Positions 47,587-55,605 of a stretch of DNA of 64,000 bases are shown here, piece by piece. The stretch is from the sequence record NC_070958.1. One strand, written 5' to 3'. The notes under the pieces were generated by a model. It was not told where the DNA came from. It searched no databases and saw only the letters and a list, made by a program, of their open reading frames with translations. Within the stretch, counting starts at the first letter, position 1. Every line of letters starts with the position of its first letter. Made by a program: the position numbers and the translations under genes.

Positions 47587-48033
47587 ATGTCCAAGAAAAC
47601 TGAACTGACCTTCGCTGAAATCATGTCCGCCGGTAAAGACTCCCTGGTGAAGGGTGCTGACATCCACAACGCGACCCACACCATCAAGTTCAAGGCCGAA
47701 GACCTGACCATGCCCAAGGGCGTGACCGCTGAGTCTCTGGACCTCCACATGAACTTCATCAATCAGTCTTCCGAGCAAGTCAGCGCCGCTGTCATGGACA
47801 TCGCCCAGGACCGCTACGAAGACACCAAGCACCTGGCTTGGGATGGTGTTCTGGAAGTGACCCCCGGTCTGACCCTGACCGGCTTCGCCAACCTCCGTGA
47901 AGAAGTCGACGGCGAAGCTGTCTTCGGTTCCATGTCCAGCCTGGTCGACTACAACTACGGCACCGAGCTGACCGACTGGATCACCAGCAACCAAGAGCTG
48001 ATGGCCGAGAAAGCCAAGAAGCTCTTCGAGTAA
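47587..48033 (+). CDS. Hypothetical, probably highly expressed monocistronic early protein
   Basis: 148 aa, extreme C-ending codon bias, own promoter and terminator. Confidence 0.85.
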   Translation: MSKKTELTFAEIMSAGKDSLVKGADIHNATHTIKFKAEDLTMPKGVTAESLDLHMNFINQSSEQVSAAVMDIAQDRYEDTKHLAWDGVLEVTPGLTLTGFANLREEVDGEAVFGSMSSLVDYNYGTELTDWITSNQELMAEKAKKLFE

Positions 48034-48044
48034 ATGTTCGATCG

Positions 48045-48068
48045 CCCGTTCCTGGAAACAGGAACGGG
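48045..48068 (+). terminator. Intrinsic terminator
   Basis: CCCGTTCCTG-GAAA-CAGGAACGGG. Confidence 0.85.
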
Positions 48069-48101
48069 TTACTTCATCTCTTTTTATTTTTGGGTTTTTG
48101 T

Positions 48102-48683
48102 ATGAACGATCGTCCCAATGCTAAACAAGTTCTTGCGAGGCACACATCTAGAACGTTCCTTTGTGATGGTGATCGTTTAAGTTGTGTGTCCTTTATTCAT
48201 CACGTAACCAAACACGTCTGGATAAAGGGTGGTGATAGTTCGACTTATTTCCATGACGCCACCAACTTGAAACTTTTCCTGGGTGGAAAGATCATCAAGC
48301 TTCATAGCTGTGATCTGGGTAGTGTTCACTACGGCCTGGTTGATTTCGTTCGTAAACTGGACGTGATTATAAAAGCTGTCAGTAACACACTCGACTTCCT
48401 TGGCAAGAATCCCAAGTACGGTGACCGTTTCGTAGTGAAGGAATTCCTTAACCCGGTGGATGGTAACTTGGTGGACATCTATACCAGTTCCATAGCTATT
48501 ACATTTAGCTCCACTCACGGGTTGACGTTTGAACTCGCGTCATGTGACTTTAAGAGCCGTATCACCCTACAACGCAAATCCGGTCCCAAGTTCCTGAGGA
48601 AGTTTCTTGATTTCGTCACCAAATGCCGAAATGAAGTTCAGAGTACTCTGGACAAGCACACTGGTACATTACAGGAGAGTTAA
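48102..48683 (+). CDS. Hypothetical protein
   Basis: ATG at 48102 (the track uses TTG 48090); about 193 aa. Confidence 0.7.
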   Translation: MNDRPNAKQVLARHTSRTFLCDGDRLSCVSFIHHVTKHVWIKGGDSSTYFHDATNLKLFLGGKIIKLHSCDLGSVHYGLVDFVRKLDVIIKAVSNTLDFLGKNPKYGDRFVVKEFLNPVDGNLVDIYTSSIAITFSSTHGLTFELASCDFKSRITLQRKSGPKFLRKFLDFVTKCRNEVQSTLDKHTGTLQES

Positions 48684-48685
48684 AA

Positions 48686-49222
48686 ATGCACCCTAATGCA
48701 GAACGTGTTATGAACGGGGCTTTTGATGAAATCATTTTTTATGATAAGATCGAAGGTCCGCGAATTTACATGGATTGGGACTTCGGTCAGAATCCCATCA
48801 CTGTAAGCGGAAAAGAAAGTGACATGAAGATCCCTAGGCTTGAGCGGCTGGCAAAGATTCTGGAGTGGGAGGATAAAACCTCTTGGGTCCTGACATTTAC
48901 CAATGGTGAATGGCCGAGCTGTTCCATCGAGTCTGTTGACCGTCGTGTCACCAAAGATCCTGACTGGGAGCTTCCCTTTGACACTGTGGAAGAATGTCTT
49001 CTGCACATCCACGATCACATGGGTGAGAAAGGGTTGGTCTATCGTTCCAAGCAAGAAATGCCGCTCGATTTGACCAGTGTTGTCAAGCCGTGGGATCTCA
49101 GTAAGGAAACCTACACCAACGAGGAAGTTCGCATTCTCATGGAAATGATGAAGGCGGAATTCGTTGAGACAACCAACCAACTTTTCGATCGTATGCTGGG
49201 TCGTCTGGCAATAAAGGAATAA
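48686..49222 (+). CDS. Hypothetical protein
   Basis: 178 aa, RBS AGGAG. Confidence 0.8.
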   Translation: MHPNAERVMNGAFDEIIFYDKIEGPRIYMDWDFGQNPITVSGKESDMKIPRLERLAKILEWEDKTSWVLTFTNGEWPSCSIESVDRRVTKDPDWELPFDTVEECLLHIHDHMGEKGLVYRSKQEMPLDLTSVVKPWDLSKETYTNEEVRILMEMMKAEFVETTNQLFDRMLGRLAIKE

Positions 49223-49233
49223 GGAGTATAAAA

Positions 49234-49782
49234 ATGAAAAAGCTGGGTGTGTTTATTGTACTACTCTTTGCATCGATGTTTGCCATGGCCGGTGGTACTA
49301 CGAAGGCCAATCTGGACCTCGGTAGCATGGGCTGGGTAGTCGACAAACGTACCGAAGACGGCAAAGCGTACATGATTCGTAATAAAGGGAACAACGGTGG
49401 AGTCATTCGACTCGGCTGTAATGTCCCTGGCGGGGATGTTTCCGTCAAGTACATCTATCGGGGACTCAATAAAGACTTTTTCATTATTGAGCTTCTCACT
49501 GATGCCAGACTGGATTCCTATCCCTATACGGCCATGTATGGAGTTAAGTCATTGAACCAAGCAGCGATGTACAAGCAGTTCGCTATGACCGATGCTGGTT
49601 TCATGATGACTCGTTTTGCCGAAGGTGCGGCTGAGCGATTCTTTAAGAGTCGCAAAGATCGTGAGGTTTACGGACTCCCCCGTCCCATTGGTACGGAGCT
49701 GTTCGTTGGTCACGAGCAAGTAGCTGATTATATCAATGATGTTAAAGCCACTTGCGGTTTCACTGAGGAACCTCTTCACTGA
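49234..49782 (+). CDS. Exported protein A (Sec signal peptide, Cys62/Cys174)
   Basis: MKKLGVFIVLLFASMFAMA signal with AxA cleavage site; RBS AAGGAG. Confidence 0.85.
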   Translation: MKKLGVFIVLLFASMFAMAGGTTKANLDLGSMGWVVDKRTEDGKAYMIRNKGNNGGVIRLGCNVPGGDVSVKYIYRGLNKDFFIIELLTDARLDSYPYTAMYGVKSLNQAAMYKQFAMTDAGFMMTRFAEGAAERFFKSRKDREVYGLPRPIGTELFVGHEQVADYINDVKATCGFTEEPLH

Positions 49783-49815
49783 GGAACCTTTTCTATTAAC
49801 TTAGGAAACCGGTAA

Positions 49816-50310
49816 ATGTCCTGTGTAAATATTGAAAGACTTGAAGAGGTCGGATACGTCATAGAACGTAGGTCGGATAGACTGGACCAATTCATTTTAA
49901 GATCAAGGGAGCCGGGTGATCGCCCTGGGGTATTTGCGAGTGATGGTATCGAAGACAATCCTCGCTGGACTTCTGGTGGACGTATGTCATTCACAGTGGC
50001 ATGTGACGTTTCTGCAAAGAAGTACATCATCTCACTGTTCATCTTTGGACGGTCGGATGAACTACCCCCTACGTATTTCCTGTTGGACGTTGAACCGACA
50101 TCTCTTTGGCTGGCTGTTGAAACAGTCTTAGAGACTCAACCTCTGACTCCGGTTGACGAAATGATTGAAGCTCGAGACGACATCATTTCTGACGGAAAGG
50201 TTTATACTACCGACCAGGTGGTCACCCTGATAAAGTTAGTCCGCGGAGATCTCAACTCTCCTGAGGGTGATAAGCACATCGCGATGCTGCTCAAGAGTGT
50301 GCAGCCATAA
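49816..50310 (+). CDS. Hypothetical cytoplasmic protein
   Basis: 164 aa, RBS AGGA. Confidence 0.75.
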   Translation: MSCVNIERLEEVGYVIERRSDRLDQFILRSREPGDRPGVFASDGIEDNPRWTSGGRMSFTVACDVSAKKYIISLFIFGRSDELPPTYFLLDVEPTSLWLAVETVLETQPLTPVDEMIEARDDIISDGKVYTTDQVVTLIKLVRGDLNSPEGDKHIAMLLKSVQP

Positions 50311-50318
50311 TAAATAAG

Positions 50319-50350
50319 CTCCTAGGAACGCTTGTGGGCGTTCCTAGGAG
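50319..50350 (+). terminator. Terminator-like hairpin (CCTAGG arms)
   Basis: CTCCTAGGAACGC-TTGTGG-GCGTTCCTAGGAG. Confidence 0.8.
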
Positions 50351-50422
50351 TATATGTGTGTCATTTAATACAGATGCTGTAACTATTCGTTATAGAGCGT
50401 TACAGGGCTCTAGATACATAAT

Positions 50423-50447
50423 TTTTCAGCTATACATTATTATAGTG
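50423..50447 (+). promoter_or_regulatory. Putative early promoter, copy 6
   Basis: TTTTCAGCTATACATTATTATAGTG. Confidence 0.8.
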
Positions 50448-50481
50448 TAATGACAATCATTATTCTACTAAGGAGCACGAC

Positions 50482-51087
50482 ATGAAAACCATTATTGCTT
50501 TTGTATTGTTTATGTTCGCTGTCGGTGTAGAAGCCGCCAGCTACGATATCAAAGAGGACCCGGTCTTCAATCTGGAAACTGCGGTCAACAATGATGTCAG
50601 TGTTAAAAAGATCTCTGGTAAAACTCACATCAAGATCCAGGGTGTGAGTGCCGAGGGTAAACACAATCAGTGGGAGTTCATCTGCACTCCTTTCAAACCT
50701 GAACTTGTCATCAAGAACAACTCGGTTAACGAGGATGGTCAGATGACGAAGGAGGGAACTGGTTTCGCCATTCAGTTCTATATGGATGAGGAAGAAGTGG
50801 GACGTCCAATTGGCGAATGGGACAACGCGGACATTTATGTTTGGGATGATGGTCGTCAAGCTCTCGACCTCGCTCTTAACCGTTTACTTCCTATCGGCCA
50901 AGGCTGGATCGTATTTACAGTGTACGACATCGGGATGGGTAATGACAGGATTCCGGTTTCTTACAGTCACAAGTACCCGGTCGGTGTTGCACAAGACATC
51001 GTGCGGAAACTGGTTAAAGCGGACGCTCTGGTTGATTGCAACTCTGCATTGATTCAAACTGGCGCTACCATCAAGTTCACTAACTAA
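50482..51087 (+). CDS. Exported protein B (Sec signal peptide, Cys68/Cys186)
   Basis: MKTIIAFVLFMFAVGVEA signal; RBS AAGGAG. Confidence 0.85.
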   Translation: MKTIIAFVLFMFAVGVEAASYDIKEDPVFNLETAVNNDVSVKKISGKTHIKIQGVSAEGKHNQWEFICTPFKPELVIKNNSVNEDGQMTKEGTGFAIQFYMDEEEVGRPIGEWDNADIYVWDDGRQALDLALNRLLPIGQGWIVFTVYDIGMGNDRIPVSYSHKYPVGVAQDIVRKLVKADALVDCNSALIQTGATIKFTN

Positions 51088-51098
51088 GGAAAAATACC

Positions 51099-51719
51099 AT
51101 GCGTTTTATTATTGCTTTTCTTACACTGGTTCTCTCCACTGGCTCCTATGCTTTCAGTTTCGGTAAGAAAGCTGTTCCGGTAGAGGAGAACAGCTTCGAA
51201 ACATCTTGGGCTCGTGTCCTCACTCTCAAAGATCAAATCTCTATGGGATGGACTGCTCGGGACATGAGTGACCGGGAATTCGGTATTACCATGATGTGCG
51301 ACAGCATCCGCTCGACCATCTGGAATTACAAGTTCCCAGGCCAACCTGGTGTAAAGGTAGACGGTCTTGCCATGTTGATGGTCCGTGACGTCGGAAACGA
51401 TTTGTCGAAGATCGACCTGGAGACAGAAAGCCGGAACTACATGGTGATCTTTGATAGCAACTATGCAATCGACGGTTCTGCGAATCTGGAAGTGCTGGTG
51501 AAAGACTCCAAGCGCATCGATGTGATTCCTGAACACATCAAGTTCCTGTGGGTTGGTTATAAAGCTAACCATACTGGTACCTGGATTGTTGCATCTGGAC
51601 CCAAGATGTCCGCTGAAGGTATGTTCGGTCGTATGCAGTCTTACGCCGACTTCCCTCGTAGTCAATTGGACACTTGCAGTCGTTCCATGGAGGAACCTTC
51701 TTATAAGGTAGCCAACTAA
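51099..51719 (+). CDS. Exported protein C (Sec signal peptide, Cys67/Cys193)
   Basis: MRFIIAFLTLVLSTGSYA signal; RBS AAGGA. Confidence 0.85.
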   Translation: MRFIIAFLTLVLSTGSYAFSFGKKAVPVEENSFETSWARVLTLKDQISMGWTARDMSDREFGITMMCDSIRSTIWNYKFPGQPGVKVDGLAMLMVRDVGNDLSKIDLETESRNYMVIFDSNYAIDGSANLEVLVKDSKRIDVIPEHIKFLWVGYKANHTGTWIVASGPKMSAEGMFGRMQSYADFPRSQLDTCSRSMEEPSYKVAN

Positions 51720-51725
51720 GAAAAG

Positions 51726-51747
51726 CCCCGTGTTCACGGACACGGGG
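51726..51747 (+). terminator. Terminator-like hairpin
   Basis: CCCCGTGTT-CACG-GACACGGGG then TCTTT. Confidence 0.7.
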
Positions 51748-51764
51748 TCTTTAAGGAGTTATCC

Positions 51765-51899
51765 ATGAATAACAAAACTGTTGTATTTCTTTTAATAATA
51801 GGACTGGCCATAATCTGGTTAGGTAGTGAACACGTTGAACTGGAAGAAGCTGTCGATAACCTCACAGAAGTTATCGGTCAGTGTGTCAATCAAGAGTAA
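51765..51899 (+). CDS. 44-aa membrane-anchored peptide missing from the ORF track (MNNKTVVFLLIIGLAIIWLG...GQCVNQE)
   Basis: Strong RBS AAGGAG, N-terminal hydrophobic helix, acidic amphipathic tail. Confidence 0.75.
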   Translation: MNNKTVVFLLIIGLAIIWLGSEHVELEEAVDNLTEVIGQCVNQE

Positions 51900-51929
51900 T
51901 CTCTCGTCTTTCTTAATGGAGTTCTGTAA

Positions 51930-52628
51930 ATGTTTAAGTCACTTGCTCGTCAAACTGCTGTTATCGCTTTATTTGTTGGTGTTCTATTTGGCGGCATTGG
52001 TTACAAGTTAGCCGACTACCGTACTCACGAAGTTAAGAGTGATGCCATTGTCACTCATGAAGTAATGCCTGAGTGGAAACTTTTACAGCTCCGGGAGATC
52101 TCTAAAGAAAGCAGGGGTGATGCTATCGCTCCCGTCGATCAGCAAGAACTCATTATGAACTATGCTGAAGTCCAAGACCATGCTGCGTTCTACGAGTTCA
52201 TCGCTAAGGGTTCCGATGACCGAGTGGTTCTTTACTGTGACGCTCACACCAACTCTGTCAACATCGGTTACCAGTTTGGTTTGGTAGATGAGGAACTGTC
52301 CGAACGGCTTGATGGATTCTCTATCAAGGTTCTCCGTCCAGGCAGTACTGGTTACTTTATCTTTGATGAAATGCGTCCTGCGCTCTATGACACTCATCAA
52401 GAAAGCACCTATCTCAATGCAGGAATGAAAGCGTTGGCTGATGAAGATCCCGAAGCTCTGGTGGTCTTTACTCTTCGTTATAGCGGTACGGAAGAGGAGT
52501 CTCTGGTAGCAGGTGTATCGCCAGCCTTTAAGGTTCGGGATGTACTTGCAGCCTGGAATGCAGTTCCTACATCAGCGTGTGAATTCGTCAACCTCACTGA
52601 TTACCCTTCTTCGTTTGAACAGAAATAA
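51930..52628 (+). CDS. Membrane-anchored/exported protein D (Cys103/Cys217)
   Basis: N-terminal AVIALFVGVLFGGIGY signal-anchor; RBS GGAG. Confidence 0.85.
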   Translation: MFKSLARQTAVIALFVGVLFGGIGYKLADYRTHEVKSDAIVTHEVMPEWKLLQLREISKESRGDAIAPVDQQELIMNYAEVQDHAAFYEFIAKGSDDRVVLYCDAHTNSVNIGYQFGLVDEELSERLDGFSIKVLRPGSTGYFIFDEMRPALYDTHQESTYLNAGMKALADEDPEALVVFTLRYSGTEEESLVAGVSPAFKVRDVLAAWNAVPTSACEFVNLTDYPSSFEQK

Positions 52629-52632
52629 AAAT

Positions 52633-52662
52633 AACTCTCTAGCCTTAACGGGCTAGAGGGTT
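52633..52662 (+). terminator. Intrinsic terminator (CTAG arms)
   Basis: AACTCTCTAGCC-TTAACG-GGCTAGAGGGTT. Confidence 0.8.
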
Positions 52663-52695
52663 CTTCATTCTATATTTGTTTTTGACATACATTCC

Positions 52696-52720
52696 ATCTC
52701 AGATAGATATTACCTAAGTG
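52696..52720 (+). promoter_or_regulatory. Putative early promoter, copy 7
   Basis: ATCTCAGATAGATATTACCTAAGTG. Confidence 0.75.
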
Positions 52721-52756
52721 ATAGATAACCAATATCTTTATTCACACTTAGGAGAG

Positions 52757-52945
52757 ATGACGATGTTCGCTATCAAAAACATTACTGTTCTGTTCACCGT
52801 TGTTATCTCCCTGGTGGGGATTAACCATTTGACAGTTAACAACCACATGAAACTCCATGATGGTGTCCGACCTGTTGTTCAGTACGATCACGCAAATCGT
52901 ATACTGGATGTTAGCAATCTCGAAGTAAAACCAAATACCTTTTAA
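52757..52945 (+). CDS. Small single-pass membrane protein
   Basis: ATG at 52757 after AGGAG; ITVLFTVVISLVGI hydrophobic segment. Confidence 0.7.
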   Translation: MTMFAIKNITVLFTVVISLVGINHLTVNNHMKLHDGVRPVVQYDHANRILDVSNLEVKPNTF

Positions 52946-52955
52946 GGGGAAATAA

Positions 52956-53678
52956 ATGAAAAACCAACCTAATGGCGAACTCAGCGTTCAGGTAGATTAC
53001 ATCCGTAAATTCATGTTTCTGTTTCAGGAGCATGATGTACCTATGAGCTTGATCCGTGCTTGTGTTAAGTCCATTGCACAGAACGATCTGGCTCACAACC
53101 TTGGACATGTTCATGGTGTTTGTGAACTGGCCAGTCAGATGGCCGAGTGCCGCGTCAATAAGGATGACCAATTGAAGGTTATGCTGGCAGCACTGTTCCA
53201 CGATCTGGGTTGTCGTTATAACCGGGATGATCATCATCTCATCAGCTACGGTCTCACCTATCAGTATCTGGCTGAGTACTGGCCTGAGCGTTTCACTCCT
53301 GATGAAATCAAGGAGATCGCTGTGGCTGTGCTGGAACACCGTAGTTCCAGTAAGGGTAAACCGACCAGTCTGATTTCTGAGATCGTTTCGGTAGCGGACA
53401 GTGGCAAACCTAACATCGAGATCTATATCAAGCGGGCGTTGCAATTCCGCATCTCTCGTGGTGATCTCGAAAACAAGGGTAAAGATGTACTGTTCGATGA
53501 AGTATATCATCACCTCCTGGAGAAGTTCGAGAGCAATACCGGGTACCACTGGAACAGCTACCCTGATATAGGACTCATGCACTTCAAAGAAGAATGGGAT
53601 GAATTCCAGGTTCTTCTTCACCCGACTCTTGTAAGTCACGCTATGAGAACCATAAGCGAGATTTACAACAAGCTGTAA
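52956..53678 (+). CDS. HD-domain metal-dependent phosphohydrolase
   Basis: DLAHNLGHVHGV, AALFHDLG, AVLEH and VSVAD give the H...HD...H...D ligand pattern. Confidence 0.88.
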   Translation: MKNQPNGELSVQVDYIRKFMFLFQEHDVPMSLIRACVKSIAQNDLAHNLGHVHGVCELASQMAECRVNKDDQLKVMLAALFHDLGCRYNRDDHHLISYGLTYQYLAEYWPERFTPDEIKEIAVAVLEHRSSSKGKPTSLISEIVSVADSGKPNIEIYIKRALQFRISRGDLENKGKDVLFDEVYHHLLEKFESNTGYHWNSYPDIGLMHFKEEWDEFQVLLHPTLVSHAMRTISEIYNKL

Positions 53679-53683
53679 TAGAT

Positions 53684-53705
53684 GGAGGGAGACTATTCTC
53701 CCTCC
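53684..53705 (+). terminator. Hairpin after the HD gene (weak terminator candidate)
   Basis: GGAGGGAGA-CTAT-TCTCCCTCC, poor T-tract. Confidence 0.5.
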
Positions 53706-53726
53706 CAATTTAAAGGAAACAAGCGA

Positions 53727-54020
53727 ATGAACAACCAACTCAAAAGCACCTGCGTCAATCTGACCAACAACTTCTTCTTCTACAAGAATGAAAACGGCGT
53801 GGTCTATTTTTCCAGTTATCAACTTTCACTGGATGGGTTCCTGGAAATCACCAGTGATGAACTTTATGCGGTCCTCGATGGACTCGATCACTTCTATCTG
53901 AAGGCCGAGATAATCGGTGAAGTAGAAGTGCACGAACTGGTCACCGAGACCACCAAGGCTCACGCCACAATGTCTGGTCACAAACATGTGATCGCCGATA
54001 CTTTCTACTCCGTCTGGTAA
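53727..54020 (+). CDS. Hypothetical protein
   Basis: ATG at 53727 after AAGGA; the track start at 53682 lies in a hairpin. Confidence 0.75.
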   Translation: MNNQLKSTCVNLTNNFFFYKNENGVVYFSSYQLSLDGFLEITSDELYAVLDGLDHFYLKAEIIGEVEVHELVTETTKAHATMSGHKHVIADTFYSVW

Positions 54021-54029
54021 GGTTGTGAT

Positions 54030-54344
54030 ATGTCCAATATGCAAGTACAAATCCTTCGTCCCTTTGACATCGTTCGCTGTTGCAAACATGGAGACACGTC
54101 AATCGGGATGGTGACCGAGGTCACTGATGGCAATCGTTGTAGTATCGATTGGTTCGTTAATGACGCCAACATGCCCAATGCTTGGATTAACGCTATGCAG
54201 CTTACCATACTGGGTAACTGTATGAACGCTATTGCAAGAGCAATGGCACATCCCATGGGGTCAGGTGCTAAACATCCGGACGACATGTTCCCAATGACCG
54301 TAGACGGTCAAACCACTCCCTACCGTCACAACTCAGGACGTTAA
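54030..54344 (+). CDS. Hypothetical protein, possible SH3/KOW-like N-terminus
   Basis: PFDIV...GMVTEV...SIDW...AW beta pattern then AHPMG. Confidence 0.7.
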   Translation: MSNMQVQILRPFDIVRCCKHGDTSIGMVTEVTDGNRCSIDWFVNDANMPNAWINAMQLTILGNCMNAIARAMAHPMGSGAKHPDDMFPMTVDGQTTPYRHNSGR

Positions 54345-54346
54345 TA

Positions 54347-54616
54347 ATGTATCACTTACTCGCACAACAAAACAACCCGCTGGATCCTAAAGTCTCTAAG
54401 GCGATGGAAGCTATTGCTATGGTAGAGGCACGGTTCGGTATACGCGCCAGTTTGGAAACTGCGCTCACCTGTCTGGCCCGGGAAGAACCAGGCTTCATGT
54501 GGATTCCTCCACAGACTTCCAACGTAGCGTTGCGACCAAATATCGTCGGGACCGATTTCAGTCCTGAAGGGATCGCAGCTCGCCGACTCAACCCCAATTA
54601 CAATCGACAACCCTGA
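54347..54616 (+). CDS. Hypothetical protein
   Basis: 89 aa, TAATAATG coupling. Confidence 0.7.
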   Translation: MYHLLAQQNNPLDPKVSKAMEAIAMVEARFGIRASLETALTCLAREEPGFMWIPPQTSNVALRPNIVGTDFSPEGIAARRLNPNYNRQP

Positions 54617-54634
54617 TAACACAAGAACAGCAAA

Positions 54635-54665
54635 AGAGCTAGCCACCCAATGGGTGGCTAGCTCT
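54635..54665. terminator. Bidirectional terminator (CTAG arms) between the early island and the tail tube gene
   Basis: AGAGCTAGCCACCC-AAT-GGGTGGCTAGCTCT. Confidence 0.85.
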
Positions 54666-54690
54666 AGTTATATTACTGTTTTTTTTTTGG

Positions 54691-55593
54691 TTAACCGACG
54701 TAGTCAGGACGTACGATTGTGCGCTTCTCAGCGTTCATCATTTCCTGAATACCGTTATCCTTGAGACCTTGCAGGGTCGCAGTCTGGGTCTTGAAGCCGG
54801 CAGGAGCATCACGACCAGCAGGGTTGTAAAGCGGCATACGTTGGAGCATGGCTTTTGCAATCTGCTTGGCAGCGTAGGTGTCGAATTCGATCAGACCGGT
54901 GAACTCGGTGTTAACTTCACGAACACGGCCAGCAGTCTGGTCGATATCGAAGGACATCTCGATGGAAGGAGTTTCCTTCGGCATCTGTGCCAACACCAGG
55001 GCGGCGTGACGGATTTCCTTGAAGTTACGGGTCGGTTCGAAGTAGATCGAAGCCATGGAGATTTCATCCAGCAGCAGATCACCCGGATAGTTCAGAGTGA
55101 TTGCTTTGGGGTGCAGGATGGTCGGATCCATGATCAGGTATTCGGACCAAACTTGCATCAGCTTGGAGAAGGACTCGCCTTCCGGATCCAGGGCGTTGTG
55201 GCTGATCGCACCGAACTGGCGTTGTGCACCGGTCGGGAAGGACAGCTGGGCGCCACCGGCCCAAGTGATGTCGTGGTAGTCGAGGGAGGTACGAGCGGTC
55301 AGACCGCTCCAGTTACGACTACGGGTTTCCATGTATGCACGCAGCAGACCGTGGAACTGACGACCGCCAGGGATATGGTCGAAACCAGCCGGGGTTGACA
55401 GTACAACACAGTACGGACGCTGGGACACATACGGTTGCTCTTCGACATAGCGGTAGTTGTTCGGCGCGTAGCCGTACTGACCACCATGTGCGGCGTTGAT
55501 CACGGGAGCGTTGCCTACGTTAAAGGCGCGATGGAATTCGCTGTTCCCGGGAAGCAAGGTCTTATTATCACGGTGCGGATAATTAGTTGCCAT
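54691..55593 (-). CDS. Tail tube protein (phiKZ gp30-like)
   Basis: 300 aa; GGQYGYAPN...QPYVSQRPYCVVLSTP pattern; downstream of the sheath gene; strong codon bias. Confidence 0.88.
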   Translation of the reverse strand: MATNYPHRDNKTLLPGNSEFHRAFNVGNAPVINAAHGGQYGYAPNNYRYVEEQPYVSQRPYCVVLSTPAGFDHIPGGRQFHGLLRAYMETRSRNWSGLTARTSLDYHDITWAGGAQLSFPTGAQRQFGAISHNALDPEGESFSKLMQVWSEYLIMDPTILHPKAITLNYPGDLLLDEISMASIYFEPTRNFKEIRHAALVLAQMPKETPSIEMSFDIDQTAGRVREVNTEFTGLIEFDTYAAKQIAKAMLQRMPLYNPAGRDAPAGFKTQTATLQGLKDNGIQEMMNAEKRTIVRPDYVG

Positions 55594-55605
55594 TTTCTAC
55601 ATTCC

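Noticed and set aside
50366-50412. Alternative hairpins CTGTAAC/GTTACAG versus AGAGC/GCTCT suggesting a switch
   Set aside because: The stems are short and lie between a terminator and the next promoter, so they are probably untranscribed
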